Under the pieces are notes generated by a model. It saw nothing but the letters and a program-made list of their open reading frames with translations. It searched no databases and had not been told where the DNA came from. Made by a program: the position numbers and the translations under genes. Positions 9,267 to 19,598 of a stretch of 64,000 nt of DNA are shown here, piece by piece. The stretch comes from Candidatus Hermodarchaeota archaeon (lineage in GTDB: Archaea > Asgardarchaeota > Lokiarchaeia > Sigyniarchaeales > SOKP01), in the NCBI GenBank assembly GCA_048885925.1, contig JBHLLG010000001.1:227105-291104 (forward strand), given 5' to 3'. Within the stretch, counting starts at the first letter, position 1; each line of letters starts with the position of its first letter.

Positions 9267-10241
9267 TTAAAAACTTATTGATAGAAAGTTAATAAAAATA
9301 AAGCAAAAAAAGACTGTTATTAAAACTAAACCTTTTACTTTATCTAAGGATCCCTTATATGATATATAATTGAAATATAATATTAATAATAGAAGAATAG
9401 ACCAATTCCATAATGAAATCCAAATAAATTGAATATTCAGTACTATTATTCCACTAATCCCAAAAGTCAAAGTTAAGTTCCAGATTAATTTCCCAATCAT
9501 TCCTCCTAAACCAATTTCAATACTTTGTTTTTTAATTGATTTTAGTATTAACGTTATTTCCTCTACATTAGTGACTATAGCAATAATGACAAAACCAAAG
9601 AAAGATTCAGGAATGGTGGTTAAGATTATAATATTTTCAGCAGAAATAATTAATAATTCGCCCCCTAAAAAGATAAAAATAAACCCAGTAATAACCATTA
9701 TAAATTTTTTAAATTTGTTAGCCTCAATATCTTTTTCTGTTGTTAATTGAATGTTATTTAATTCATCACTAATATTACTAATTGATGTTTTTTTCTCTGT
9801 AACATTCTTTAAACTCCTTATTAAATATGAAATATAGAGAATAATACAACAAATTCCAGCAAAAAGCAACCCTAAATAAAATAATATAGCTGATAAAATA
9901 CATAATAATGAAATGTAGATTAAATTAAAATAATATTGAGCAACTGGTTCAAAAGTAGTTTTATAAAATAAAGCAGTTAAAGCGAAGGGAACTGTTAATG
10001 CGGTTATAGAATTCCCAATTACATTTCCGACTGCGATATAAGGAAGATTATTAATCGCAGCAATAATCGATGCTATCGACTCCTCTGGATCAATACCAAG
10101 AATTAATAAACCAATAATAAAAGGAGATACTTTATAAAGAATACATAGAGCTTTCAAGTTATCTAAAAAGACGTCTACTGCGAAAAAAATTATGAAATAA
10201 CCCGCGATAAATGAAAAAATCCATAAAATTATATTCCACAT
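9267..10241 (-). CDS. Na+/Ca2+ (CaCA) antiporter family protein
   Basis: Two repeats with alpha-like motifs (IDPEE..GNVIGNS; TNVEE..GGMIG); about 10 TM. Confidence 0.85.
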   Translation of the reverse strand: MWNIILWIFSFIAGYFIIFFAVDVFLDNLKALCILYKVSPFIIGLLILGIDPEESIASIIAAINNLPYIAVGNVIGNSITALTVPFALTALFYKTTFEPVAQYYFNLIYISLLCILSAILFYLGLLFAGICCIILYISYLIRSLKNVTEKKTSISNISDELNNIQLTTEKDIEANKFKKFIMVITGFIFIFLGGELLIISAENIIILTTIPESFFGFVIIAIVTNVEEITLILKSIKKQSIEIGLGGMIGKLIWNLTLTFGISGIIVLNIQFIWISLWNWSILLLLILYFNYISYKGSLDKVKGLVLITVFFCFIFINFLSISF

Positions 10242-10554
10242 TCTTAACTATTAGAAAAAGATGTCTCTATTTTTTTTAATTTTGGGATTATTGTAATTAT
10301 TGTTAAAATAGAATTATTTGAGTTTTGATATTTTGGTTATAATATATTTTTAAGTATTGCTTGAAGTAGATTAAAGTAAACTATCTTTTAAAAATACGAA
10401 ATTTCTTACGTCTAATTTAATAAGAGTAGTTAATATTTATAAAAAAATAAAACCAAAAGAAATTGATTTATTTATATATACCCCAAATGAATTTAAACAC
10501 ATGACAGAGGATAACTTATTATTCAACATATTTTAAAAGAAAGAAGGGTTATTT

Positions 10555-10968
10555 ATGAGCGAAATAAGTAAATATTCTAAAGAATCTAAAAGATGGTTGG
10601 ATCAAGCAATAGAAGATTTGAATAGTGCTAAAATATTATTTGAAAATGAACGCTGCTATCTTTTCTGTTTTATATCTCAACAAATTGTTGAAAACGCTTT
10701 AAAATCTGTAATTTATTTTAATAAGGAAGATCTTGTTCTAGGGCATTCATTTAAGAAATTAGCAGATTAGGCTGGCAGTTTCGATGATAGGTTTATAAAA
10801 TTAAGTAAAGAAATTTCTATTTTAGATAGTTATTATATTCCAACTAGATATCCTAATGGATTACCAGAAGGAATACCTGCTGAAGTTTTTAATAAAAAAG
10901 CTGCTAATGATGCATTAGATTTAGCTGAAACTACTATTAAACTAGTAAAATTATACTTAAACTCATAA
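10555..10968 (+). pseudogene. HEPN-domain gene interrupted by in-frame TAG (10768-10770)
   Basis: N-half RWLDQAIEDL..CFISQQ..ALK..GHS; same frame resumes AGSFDDRF..LDSYYIPTRYPNGLP to TAA at 10968. Confidence 0.8.
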
Positions 10969-11132
10969 ATTAATCGATATCTTCGTGAAACAGCCCTTTC
11001 ACGCTATTTTATATATCTTAAGAGAGTTCCTCAATAATATCTGAGAATTATCAACTCAACTATTATATAACGTATTTTGAAATTTGAATGATATAAAAAA
11101 CCTTTAATAACAATATGATTGAAACTTAATTT

Positions 11133-11966
11133 ATGAAGTATGAACAACTAATATATGAAGATAAGGGAAATGTAGTTTGGATTACTCTCAATAGACCAGA
11201 AGTATTGAATGCATTAAGTATGCAACTCTCAGACGAGATTGTATATGCTATTGAAGAAATCCGCAAGTCAACAAAAATTAAGTTTCTTGTAATAAAGGGT
11301 GCTGGCAATAATTTCAGTGTGGGAGATGATATTAAGGAAATGTTAAATTGGGGGAACGCTAATGACATAACTCGTCGCGTACGTTATTATCAAAATATGG
11401 CAAATCAATTAGAAGAATTAGATAAAATAACAATCGCAGCGGTTGATGGTTATGCTGTTGGAGGTGGACTGGAAATTACAATGGCATGCGATTTTGTTAT
11501 TGCTACAGAGAGAGCTAAATGGGGTATGCCCGAAGTTGATGTTGGTATCACTCCTGGTTGGGGTGGCACTACACGCTTAGCAAGACTGATAGGTAGGCGT
11601 CGAGCTAAAGAAATAAATTTAATAGGTGCTTTGCATTCAGCAAGAAGAGCTGTTGAGTGGAATTTGTGGAATCGTGTTGTTTCCAATGATCAGCTTGATT
11701 CAGAAGTTGAAAAATTGCTAGAAGTTTTAAGTTCGAAGAATCAACAAGGCCTACGACAGTTAAAATTTATAATTAATCGCGGAGTTGAATGTGATTTATA
11801 TACAGCACAAGGTTTTGAAGTATTATCCGGAGCATTAACTGCAGCTGTTAGTGGAATGTGGCAAGTTAAAGATGCAGACAAAGGTGCAGGTATAATAGGA
11901 TTTTCTAAAAAAAATGAGCTCTGGGAAAAACGACGAGATCTAGCAAAAAATTTCTGGTCCGATTAA
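11133..11966 (+). CDS. enoyl-CoA hydratase/isomerase (crotonase) family protein
   Basis: ITLNRPEVLNAL, FSVGDD, AVGGGLE, GMPEVDVGITPGWGGT. Confidence 0.93.
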   Translation: MKYEQLIYEDKGNVVWITLNRPEVLNALSMQLSDEIVYAIEEIRKSTKIKFLVIKGAGNNFSVGDDIKEMLNWGNANDITRRVRYYQNMANQLEELDKITIAAVDGYAVGGGLEITMACDFVIATERAKWGMPEVDVGITPGWGGTTRLARLIGRRRAKEINLIGALHSARRAVEWNLWNRVVSNDQLDSEVEKLLEVLSSKNQQGLRQLKFIINRGVECDLYTAQGFEVLSGALTAAVSGMWQVKDADKGAGIIGFSKKNELWEKRRDLAKNFWSD

Positions 11967-12059
11967 TCATCCATTTGAAATTAGGTTTCTAGACATTTTA
12001 ACAACTAAATTCTTAATTTTATCTAAGAAAAACATCCCCATCAAAACAAAATAAAAACA

Positions 12060-12162
12060 TGCGCCGCCCGGGAATTGAACCCGGGTCGCCAGGTTTGTGC
12101 GAATTATGCTTTTCTGCTTAGTTCATGGCAACCTGGCATACTGACCACTATACTAGCAGCGC
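12060..12162 (-). tRNA. tRNA-Gly(GCC) with canonical 37/38 intron (12095-12125, 31 nt)
   Basis: Minus strand GCGCTGC..CCAGG-TTGCCA^A-CCTGG..CCGGGTTCAATTCCCGG-GCGGCGCA; 72-nt mature cloverleaf. Confidence 0.93.
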
Positions 12163-12214
12163 ATTTTATAAATAATAAGAAAGTATGAAAAAATTAAAAT
12201 TTAATTATTCTTCG

Positions 12215-13237
12215 TTATACTATTTCAGAAATAACTTGTTTGATTGTATTATTATTTATAAAATCTTCAAGTTGTCCTAGACTATTTGGTAATCCGTGTC
12301 GAACTCCAACTTCCTTACATTCTAAATAAGACATCGCTGTTGCCATTTTAGAAGTTTTTTCAAGAGAAAAGTTATTTAGTCTAGAAATTAGGATTCCCGT
12401 CAAAAATGCATCTCCTGCTCCTGTAGTATCTTCAACTTTTCCAACAGAATAAACACCGCTATTAATAATTATTTTACCATCCGATATTATTGAGCCATTA
12501 GGACCATCAGTAATAGAAATTAGTTGTATCCCCATTTCTAAGAAATGTTTAATCATAAGAGTTTTTTTATTTTCACCAGTAAACTCTTGAGCCTCTTCTA
12601 AATTCAATGATACAATATCAGAATTTGAAATCAAGATTTTTGCCCAATGTGGAGCATTTTTAATTATTGACATGCTAGGAGCAGCACAAACAAGCCCTCC
12701 TTGGTTTTTAGTGAAAGTAATTGCTTTTTGTATAGCTTTACAAGCTTCATCCTCTGTTAAAGAAGTCCACGCAAAAGCTTTGATGTTATTAAACAGCTCT
12801 TCTTTGACATCTGAGGGTTTTAATAGATTATTTGCACCTTTATAGGCAAGAATGCTTCGATCTTTTCCCCAAGGTGTTTTTAGTATAATTGATAAAGCTG
12901 TAGTATCCTTATCAGTCTGAATTACCTGAGATAAATCTACTCCACGTTTCTTTAGATCTGTTAAACATATCTCTGCTGAGAAATCATTGCCCATTACTCC
13001 AATATATGCAGTTTTTAATCCTAACATGGAACAATCTGCTGCTATATTTGCTCCTGATCCTCCAGGTACAAATCTAACATTTTTAACATTCAACTTACGC
13101 GAGTATTCGATTGCGGTATACTTTTTCACAATCTCCTTATCGAATAATTCAAACCTTATAATATCATCAATGTCAATTATTATATCTAAGGTGTTACTTC
13201 CGATCGCAATTAATTCAGGTAAATTCAAAATATTCAC
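12215..13237 (-). CDS. PfkB/ribokinase-family carbohydrate kinase
   Basis: PGGSGANIA, NLEEA, DTTGAGDAF. Confidence 0.92.
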   Translation of the reverse strand: MNILNLPELIAIGSNTLDIIIDIDDIIRFELFDKEIVKKYTAIEYSRKLNVKNVRFVPGGSGANIAADCSMLGLKTAYIGVMGNDFSAEICLTDLKKRGVDLSQVIQTDKDTTALSIILKTPWGKDRSILAYKGANNLLKPSDVKEELFNNIKAFAWTSLTEDEACKAIQKAITFTKNQGGLVCAAPSMSIIKNAPHWAKILISNSDIVSLNLEEAQEFTGENKKTLMIKHFLEMGIQLISITDGPNGSIISDGKIIINSGVYSVGKVEDTTGAGDAFLTGILISRLNNFSLEKTSKMATAMSYLECKEVGVRHGLPNSLGQLEDFINNNTIKQVISEIV

Positions 13238-13368
13238 TAAAATGAAATTAAAATATTGATTTATAGAATAAGTTGAAAATAGAACATAGACTTTTAATAA
13301 TTTTGCTAAGAAATACTTTTTTTAATATTAAAGGAAAAAATCAGAAACTTGGTTTTTTTAAAAGGTTT

Positions 13369-13920
13369 TCAAAGATTTTCTTTACTACTGGAAATAAGAT
13401 CCTTCATCCTATTTATCATGCGATTTGTAAGCTCGAGAAATGCAAATTCAACATTTTCTCCTGTTTTAGCTGATGTTTCCATGTAAAAACAATCTTCCTT
13501 TTTCACATATTCTTCAATGTCACTTCTATCTATAATCCGACCAATTTCAGGCATTAAATCGGATTTATTCCCAATAATTATTTTTGGTATATTATTACTT
13601 ACAATATTATTCATTTCTGCAATCCAAGTTTTCATATCTGAAAATGTTTGTTGTCTTGAAAGATCAAATATAATCAACGCACCAAATGCACCGTCATAAA
13701 AGCTACGATGAAGAAATTTAAATCTTTCTTGGCCTCCTATATCCCAAATATGAAGCTTGACAAATTTTGAGGGTTTATATTCTAGTGTTTTTGTTAAGAA
13801 GTCCACGCCAATAGTTAAAGCATATTTTAAAGTGAATTCATTATGTACAAACCTATTTATTAGACTTGTTTTGCCCACCGCACCAGGTCCAATAAGAATT
13901 ACTTTAAACGTATAGTCCAT
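13369..13920 (-). CDS. Rab/Ras-like small GTPase (eukaryotic signature protein)
   Basis: GPGAVGKTS, TIGVDF, WDIGGQERF, GNKSDL, ETSAK; no C-terminal Cys. Confidence 0.93.
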   Translation of the reverse strand: MDYTFKVILIGPGAVGKTSLINRFVHNEFTLKYALTIGVDFLTKTLEYKPSKFVKLHIWDIGGQERFKFLHRSFYDGAFGALIIFDLSRQQTFSDMKTWIAEMNNIVSNNIPKIIIGNKSDLMPEIGRIIDRSDIEEYVKKEDCFYMETSAKTGENVEFAFLELTNRMINRMKDLISSSKENL

Positions 13921-14073
13921 TCTAGAAATTTTAATTTTATAATTAAATCTATAATCATTTATTATACTTTTAAATTTGATCTAAAGAAAATATTTTTACT
14001 GACTTTAATTTCCTATGTGTTAAAATTAGATTTTAGATAAAATTTAAATTAAGTTAAGAACAAAAAAATAATT

Positions 14074-14712
14074 TCATTCGTCTGATTTCAATCGCTTTAA
14101 TTCCTTCTCTAATTCGGCAATTTTTTCATCTGAACCTGCACTCGGGAGTGCTACGCCCATTTCTACTTGGATTTCAGCATCTATTTCTCCTAAAACTTCA
14201 TTAACATCTGAGTCTGTGACCGCTGTGTCAATTGTGATACTATCCATACCTTCTGTTGCAATATCAGCAGTAACTGCAAATTCCTCCATATCAACATCGA
14301 TTTGGCTCATTAATTCTGTAAGTTGTGGGACAGAAAGTTGACTTTTTAAGGCTGATAAAGATTGAGCAATGCCTGTCATAATCTGAGCTACATCTTTAAC
14401 TGCTGTTGCTTGTTCTAATTTAAACAGTAGCCCTTCTAGATTTGTACGGAAGATTTCCACAGCCCTAGACTGTTTTTTTACTTGAAGATAATTGCGTGCG
14501 TGAAATTTAGAACCCTCCATATCACCTTGCCTTCTTAGGTTTACAGCTTTATCTCTAGCCAATTTTGCACTCATCTCTAACTTTTTCGTTTGTCGCATCA
14601 ATCTTTTATTAAATACTTTCAATTTAACTGCTGCGGAACGGACATTGTCTTTATCCCTTTTTCCCCCAGAGAGCCATTTTGAGATATCTTTAAGAAAACC
14701 CATAATTATCAA
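14074..14712 (-). CDS. ESCRT-III Snf7-domain protein (Vps2/24/46-like)
   Basis: Basic N-terminal helical hairpin, acidic C-half, MIM1-like tail DEKIAELEKELKRLK; divergent from Vps4. Confidence 0.88.
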   Translation of the reverse strand: MIIMGFLKDISKWLSGGKRDKDNVRSAAVKLKVFNKRLMRQTKKLEMSAKLARDKAVNLRRQGDMEGSKFHARNYLQVKKQSRAVEIFRTNLEGLLFKLEQATAVKDVAQIMTGIAQSLSALKSQLSVPQLTELMSQIDVDMEEFAVTADIATEGMDSITIDTAVTDSDVNEVLGEIDAEIQVEMGVALPSAGSDEKIAELEKELKRLKSDE

Positions 14713-14886
14713 GACTAATTATTATATAATATATAAATAGCTAGAATGTATATATAATTTTTTGGAGACCAGTAATTATTCAAGCGTTTTAATCAGAAAA
14801 TTTGATATATGCAAATAAAATTATTAATTATAATAATGCTAAATTAAATTAGCTTTAAATAGAAAAATTGTTTTGATTTAGTTATA

Positions 14887-16107
14887 ATGTCATCAGTAGA
14901 TTCGAAACTTTATCAATATGCTGTTCAAACAGCAAAACAAGCGGTATTGTTGGATAGCCAAGGTAAGTTTAGGCAAGCAATTAATCAATATCAACGAGCA
15001 GCCGAAATCTTGATGCAATTTATGAAATATAATAAAAATCCTCAAATGAGAATGCTTTGCCAAAAAAATATCGAAGAATATGTTGAGCGAGCAAAAATTC
15101 TAAAATCCCATTTAAGTGGGGTAAGACCCAGACATGTAAAGCATATTGAAGGTTCACCCGAAAGTAAAACTACTGAAGATGCTAAGTCCAATATGGGTGC
15201 TGTATCTTCAGAAGAGCAAGAATTAATTGATATGATTTCAGGTACAATTGTAACAGAATCGCCGAATGTTAAATGGAATGATATTGCTGGCTTGGAATCT
15301 GTTAAGCAAGCTTTAAGGGAGGCTATAGTATTACCAATAGCAAAACCAGAATTATTTACAGGTGCAAGAAAACCTTGGTCTGGTATTTTATTATTTGGAC
15401 CACCAGGATGTGGTAAAACCTTATTAGCTAAAGCGGCTGCAACCGAATGTAAAGCCACATTTTTTAGTGCTTCTTCAGCTGATTTATTAAGTAAATGGTT
15501 AGGTGAAAGTGAAAAGTTAATAAGTTCACTATTTAAAGTTGCGCGTTTAAAAGCGCCAAGTTTAATATTTATGGATGAGATAGATTCGGTTGCAACTAAA
15601 AGAGGAGAGGGATCCGAGAGTGGTGGTGAAAGACGTGTAAAAACCCAACTTTTAAGTGAAATTCAAGGGTTAAAGTCTACTCACGACAAACCACTATTAG
15701 TTTTAGGTGCTACAAACCGTCCCTGGGATATTGATAATGCTATGTTAAGTCGATTTGAAAAAAGAGTACATGTACCCCTTCCTGATTTAAAGGCTAGAAT
15801 AGGTATTTTTAAAATCCATACTGAGGGAGTTAATACATCATTAACAGTTGAGGATTATGTTGAATTAGGTGTAAGAACTGAAGGTTATTCCGGGAGGGAT
15901 ATTGCGAATGTATGCCGTGAAGTTATAATGCTCCCTGTACGTGAACTGGATATGAGCGGCCTTTTAGAAAACTCAGATAAAGAAGTAAAAGTAAGGGATA
16001 TCAATTTGAAAGATTTTAAAAAAACGCTTAAAAAAGTAAAACCAATGATCAGTAAAGCTTTATTAAAACAATACAATGATTGGGCTGAAGAATTCGGAGA
16101 AGTTTAA
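14887..16107 (+). CDS. vps4: Vps4 MIT-AAA ATPase
   Basis: N-terminal MIT helices; PNVKWNDIAGLE..K.AL.EA; GPPGCGKT; DL.SKWLGESEK; DEID; LGATNRPW; W.EEFG end. Confidence 0.95.
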   Translation: MSSVDSKLYQYAVQTAKQAVLLDSQGKFRQAINQYQRAAEILMQFMKYNKNPQMRMLCQKNIEEYVERAKILKSHLSGVRPRHVKHIEGSPESKTTEDAKSNMGAVSSEEQELIDMISGTIVTESPNVKWNDIAGLESVKQALREAIVLPIAKPELFTGARKPWSGILLFGPPGCGKTLLAKAAATECKATFFSASSADLLSKWLGESEKLISSLFKVARLKAPSLIFMDEIDSVATKRGEGSESGGERRVKTQLLSEIQGLKSTHDKPLLVLGATNRPWDIDNAMLSRFEKRVHVPLPDLKARIGIFKIHTEGVNTSLTVEDYVELGVRTEGYSGRDIANVCREVIMLPVRELDMSGLLENSDKEVKVRDINLKDFKKTLKKVKPMISKALLKQYNDWAEEFGEV

Positions 16108-16127
16108 CAAAATCATTGAGGGTTAGA

Positions 16128-17021
16128 ATGGAAAAGCAAAGAGAAAACTCCACTGAACTTTCACAGGAAGTTAAAGAAAGAGCTGAAAAAGAGTTAGAGG
16201 AATTGAGGAAAGAACTTGCGAGATTAAGACAATTAAAACAAGAAAAAGAACAATTAGAAATCGAAGCTACTCAGAAAGAAATTATTAAACAAGATGAAGT
16301 TAAATCTACTGAATTAGATTATATAGAAGATCAATTCGATAAACTCCAAGATATATTATCTTCTAAACTGGGAGAATTAGATCAACAATTATATCGACAA
16401 CATGCTGACCAAATCGAAACTGAATTACAATCCCTTGAAGAAGAAATTATCGGGGAAAAGGGCTTAATCGAGAAAAAATTAACTGCTTATGAGAATTTAT
16501 TAAAAGCATATCCTTGGCTCGAAGAAGAACGTAAAAAATTCATGTACACTATGCCTGATAAAAATAAAAATAAAAATGATTATATTTCATGGAAAATAGA
16601 GTGGGCAAAAGTTCTTTTTGATTATGCTAGATTTGCAGTTCTTCATATAATATTTACAAGAGAATTAATTACCCATAAACCTTTTTCAAATTTTACCCAA
16701 CGAGAAGAATATATCATAGAAATTGCTGAATATTTAATTAATAATAATCAAGCTAAATGGCTTTCAAAAAAGAAAGAAAAGTTAAGAATATATTGGAAAA
16801 CGCTTGAAGGCTGGTCAGAAGAGATATACAACTGGGCATATGAAAACGGAAAAATTGAACCCATCATGATTTATGAACTGAGAGAGGCAAGACAAGAAGA
16901 TTTCAGTAAACTCCCAATAGAAGATCTTGAAGAAATTTTTAAGATTTTAGCAAAAAATCGTAAAGCAAAGGTTTTAAAATTAGAAGATGGTCAATTAGCG
17001 TTTAAAATTAGATTAGAATAA
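16128..17021 (+). CDS. ESCRT-II Vps25-like protein with long N-terminal coiled coil
   Basis: C-half W..VLFDY..IYWKTLEGWSEEIYNW..IYEL..F..L..L...KA matches the Vps25 winged-helix pattern; ATG 16128 follows GAGGG. Confidence 0.8.
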   Translation: MEKQRENSTELSQEVKERAEKELEELRKELARLRQLKQEKEQLEIEATQKEIIKQDEVKSTELDYIEDQFDKLQDILSSKLGELDQQLYRQHADQIETELQSLEEEIIGEKGLIEKKLTAYENLLKAYPWLEEERKKFMYTMPDKNKNKNDYISWKIEWAKVLFDYARFAVLHIIFTRELITHKPFSNFTQREEYIIEIAEYLINNNQAKWLSKKKEKLRIYWKTLEGWSEEIYNWAYENGKIEPIMIYELREARQEDFSKLPIEDLEEIFKILAKNRKAKVLKLEDGQLAFKIRLE

Positions 17022-17035
17022 CTTAATAGTTATTT

Positions 17036-17749
17036 TTATAATGATGGAAAATACCACTGTTTCCCTGTTAATATATTTTCTCTGAATTTGGCAATGCCAT
17101 TCTTTTCGAGTGATTCTAAAGCGCGAATAGCGCGATCTTGTGACCATTCTAGATTACTACACACGTCTTCTAAAGTAATAACACCTTTTTCTTTTGCTAA
17201 ATGAACTACTTTTGCCTCATCACTTGTATATTGAATAGGAAAGAATCTTACCATCAAGACACCTGAATCTAATTGAGTAATATCATCGATCACCCTTGTT
17301 TTTTTCAGCAATTTCAAAGCTTTTTCTACATCTTTCACTTCTACATTCCCTTTTAAAATCCCAGTATTAACTAATTCAAATACTTCTGATAAAGGGATAA
17401 TACCTCCAGTTTCTTCCTTGCTCATTAATACTCTTTGATAAGCTAGCATTCCTAATTTTTGATGGTCAATCTTAGAGAATTTTTTCAATACATCATGTTC
17501 GGTTATTTGTTCGGTAATTATTTTTGAAGAGGGAATATTATATTTTTTCTGGAGTTCTTTAACTTCTTTTCTTAATTCAGGGGTCAAAGCCAACAATACA
17601 CCATGCTTTTTTGCTAAATCTCGAAGTTTATCTTTTGTGAATTTCTCAACTGAAGCTTTTGCTTCCATATCTTTCATTTTAAGTTCTGCTGCTTTTTTTT
17701 TCATTGCTTCTTTTAAATCAATCTCATCTTCAATCTTTCGAATACCCAT
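17036..17749 (-). CDS. ESCRT-II Vps22/36 (EAP30-domain) protein
   Basis: TGGIIPLSEV..DVEKALKLL..LAKEKG.IT..LEWSQDRA..AL..L...G..WYFPSL. Confidence 0.85.
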   Translation of the reverse strand: MGIRKIEDEIDLKEAMKKKAAELKMKDMEAKASVEKFTKDKLRDLAKKHGVLLALTPELRKEVKELQKKYNIPSSKIITEQITEHDVLKKFSKIDHQKLGMLAYQRVLMSKEETGGIIPLSEVFELVNTGILKGNVEVKDVEKALKLLKKTRVIDDITQLDSGVLMVRFFPIQYTSDEAKVVHLAKEKGVITLEDVCSNLEWSQDRAIRALESLEKNGIAKFRENILTGKQWYFPSL

Positions 17750-17828
17750 TTTTAGATAACACTAATTTTTAATACCTTTAATGATTAATAATTATAAATC
17801 TTCTTAATTCTTTCTATTTTGAAAGAGT

Positions 17829-18410
17829 ATGATTGAATCTTCAAATTTTAGAGAAATTAATGAAATTGAAAAAGAAATCATTTTTCAAACACTTTCGACA
17901 ATATCACCAAATTTTTCTCAATTCATGATAAGATCTAAGAATATATTATACATTTCATTTAAAGAGTTAAATTCAAAAACTAATTATCCAAATACTTTTT
18001 TAGTTTCCAACCTATTTCAAGAAAATTTAGGTTTGATTAAGCTAAATAGTAAAATTCATTCATTAGGTTTATATTTTGGGTTTTTTAAAAGAAGAAGATT
18101 TTATCTAAGTTTAGAAGGAGCAGAATTTCTATATAAAAAGGGGATGCTTTCGGCTATTAAATTTCTTTATGTTAATAAGAAAGGAGAGAAATCTATTTTA
18201 TACGGGAATAACATTTTAAAAAATATGATTTTAAAGATCCCCTCTAATATCCAAAAAGAGGATTATTTACTTATATTTAATGAGATAGACGAAATATTAG
18301 CCTTAGCACAATCAAAAGTTGAAAGTAAAAACATCAAACAACTTAATCCAGAAGATTTAGTTGCCTTTAATTTGAGTGATAAAGGTATTTATCTAAGAGA
18401 AAAGCAATAA
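17829..18410 (+). CDS. NIP7-like ribosome biogenesis protein (PUA domain)
   Basis: SLGLYFG..FYLSLEG..GEKSILYGN.I..LSDKGIYLR. Confidence 0.8.
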   Translation: MIESSNFREINEIEKEIIFQTLSTISPNFSQFMIRSKNILYISFKELNSKTNYPNTFLVSNLFQENLGLIKLNSKIHSLGLYFGFFKRRRFYLSLEGAEFLYKKGMLSAIKFLYVNKKGEKSILYGNNILKNMILKIPSNIQKEDYLLIFNEIDEILALAQSKVESKNIKQLNPEDLVAFNLSDKGIYLREKQ

Positions 18411-18550
18411 TAAAATAGAGGATTTTTCTTTTTTTTGAAATTTAAAATTAGATTTCGCCTTTAACTCCCTGATGTTGATTAAGTAACCAACATTGTATTT
18501 TAGGATAATAATATTAATAAAGTTATAAAGACCAAATTTTTACAAAAATA

Positions 18551-19507
18551 CTAGCTTAATTTTTTTATTAGGCAATAATAAAATCCTATAGTATCATGAA
18601 TATGAGGATATAAACGTTGCGAGAATTTTAAATCATCCATTAGGGTGTTTCCAAAAACTTCTGTTAATCCTTCTGCTCCAAACTTTTCAGAAATTTCAAT
18701 TATGGCAAAATTTCTTAACTTTTTTAAGACGGTATTGATGACTAACTCATTTTCTTCGGGAGCGATGGAACATGTACAATATAATAACTTACCTCCTAAT
18801 TTCAAATTATTTAATCCAACTTCTAATAATTTCTTTTGAATTGAAGCCATTTTTTCAATATCTTTCATTTTTTTATTTTTTTTCCTACTTGGATCTTGTC
18901 TAATTAGTCCTTCTCCCGTACAAGGAGCGTCTAATAGTATCTTATCCGCTCTTATTTCTAATTGCGATAAATTAATAGAATCCATATTAAGAACAATCGA
19001 GTTGATAATACCCATTCTGCGCAAATTCATTTCTAAAGCGGGAATTCGATTTACATTTCTGTCGATTAGAATAATAGTACCTTTATTTTGCATTAATTGA
19101 GCCATGTGTGTTGCTTTACTTCCTGGTGCTGCACACATATCTATAACAACTTCATTTGATTTGGGATCGAGAATAATGGCTGATAGCATTGAAGCTACAT
19201 TTTGTAAATAGTAATATCCTTGTAGAAATTCATGAGAAGAACCTAGATTGTATGATTCTTTAAGAATTTTAAATCCATAAGGAACCCATTCAACTTTTTC
19301 TAATTCAAATCCTTTTTCTTCTAATCTTTTTTTCAGTTCTAAAACAGAAATCTTTAATGTATTCACTCTTATTGTAGGGGTTAATTTTTTCTCGTTTGCT
19401 TTTAGCATATTTATTGTTTCATTTAAACCTAAGAATCGAATGTATCTTTCTACCATATAGGATAAATAATCATATTGCTTTGCTAGTTTCTTTGCATCTT
19501 CCTGCAA
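18551..19507 (-). CDS. NOL1/Nop2/RsmF RNA m5C methyltransferase
   Basis: IRVNTLK, DMCAAPGSK, ILLDAPCTGEG, YCTCS..PEENE. Confidence 0.95.
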   Translation of the reverse strand: MQEDAKKLAKQYDYLSYMVERYIRFLGLNETINMLKANEKKLTPTIRVNTLKISVLELKKRLEEKGFELEKVEWVPYGFKILKESYNLGSSHEFLQGYYYLQNVASMLSAIILDPKSNEVVIDMCAAPGSKATHMAQLMQNKGTIILIDRNVNRIPALEMNLRRMGIINSIVLNMDSINLSQLEIRADKILLDAPCTGEGLIRQDPSRKKNKKMKDIEKMASIQKKLLEVGLNNLKLGGKLLYCTCSIAPEENELVINTVLKKLRNFAIIEISEKFGAEGLTEVFGNTLMDDLKFSQRLYPHIHDTIGFYYCLIKKLS

Positions 19508-19598
19508 TTGAGTAATAAATACATCAACTTAATTTCATTTCATTAATACTATTAAAAAATGATGTATTATATTTGTTATTAGAAAAGAGTTAGTTGCA

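Noticed and set aside
7713-12059. Integrated island between the two convergent tRNA genes
   Set aside because: No duplicated tRNA 3' end or integrase found by eye
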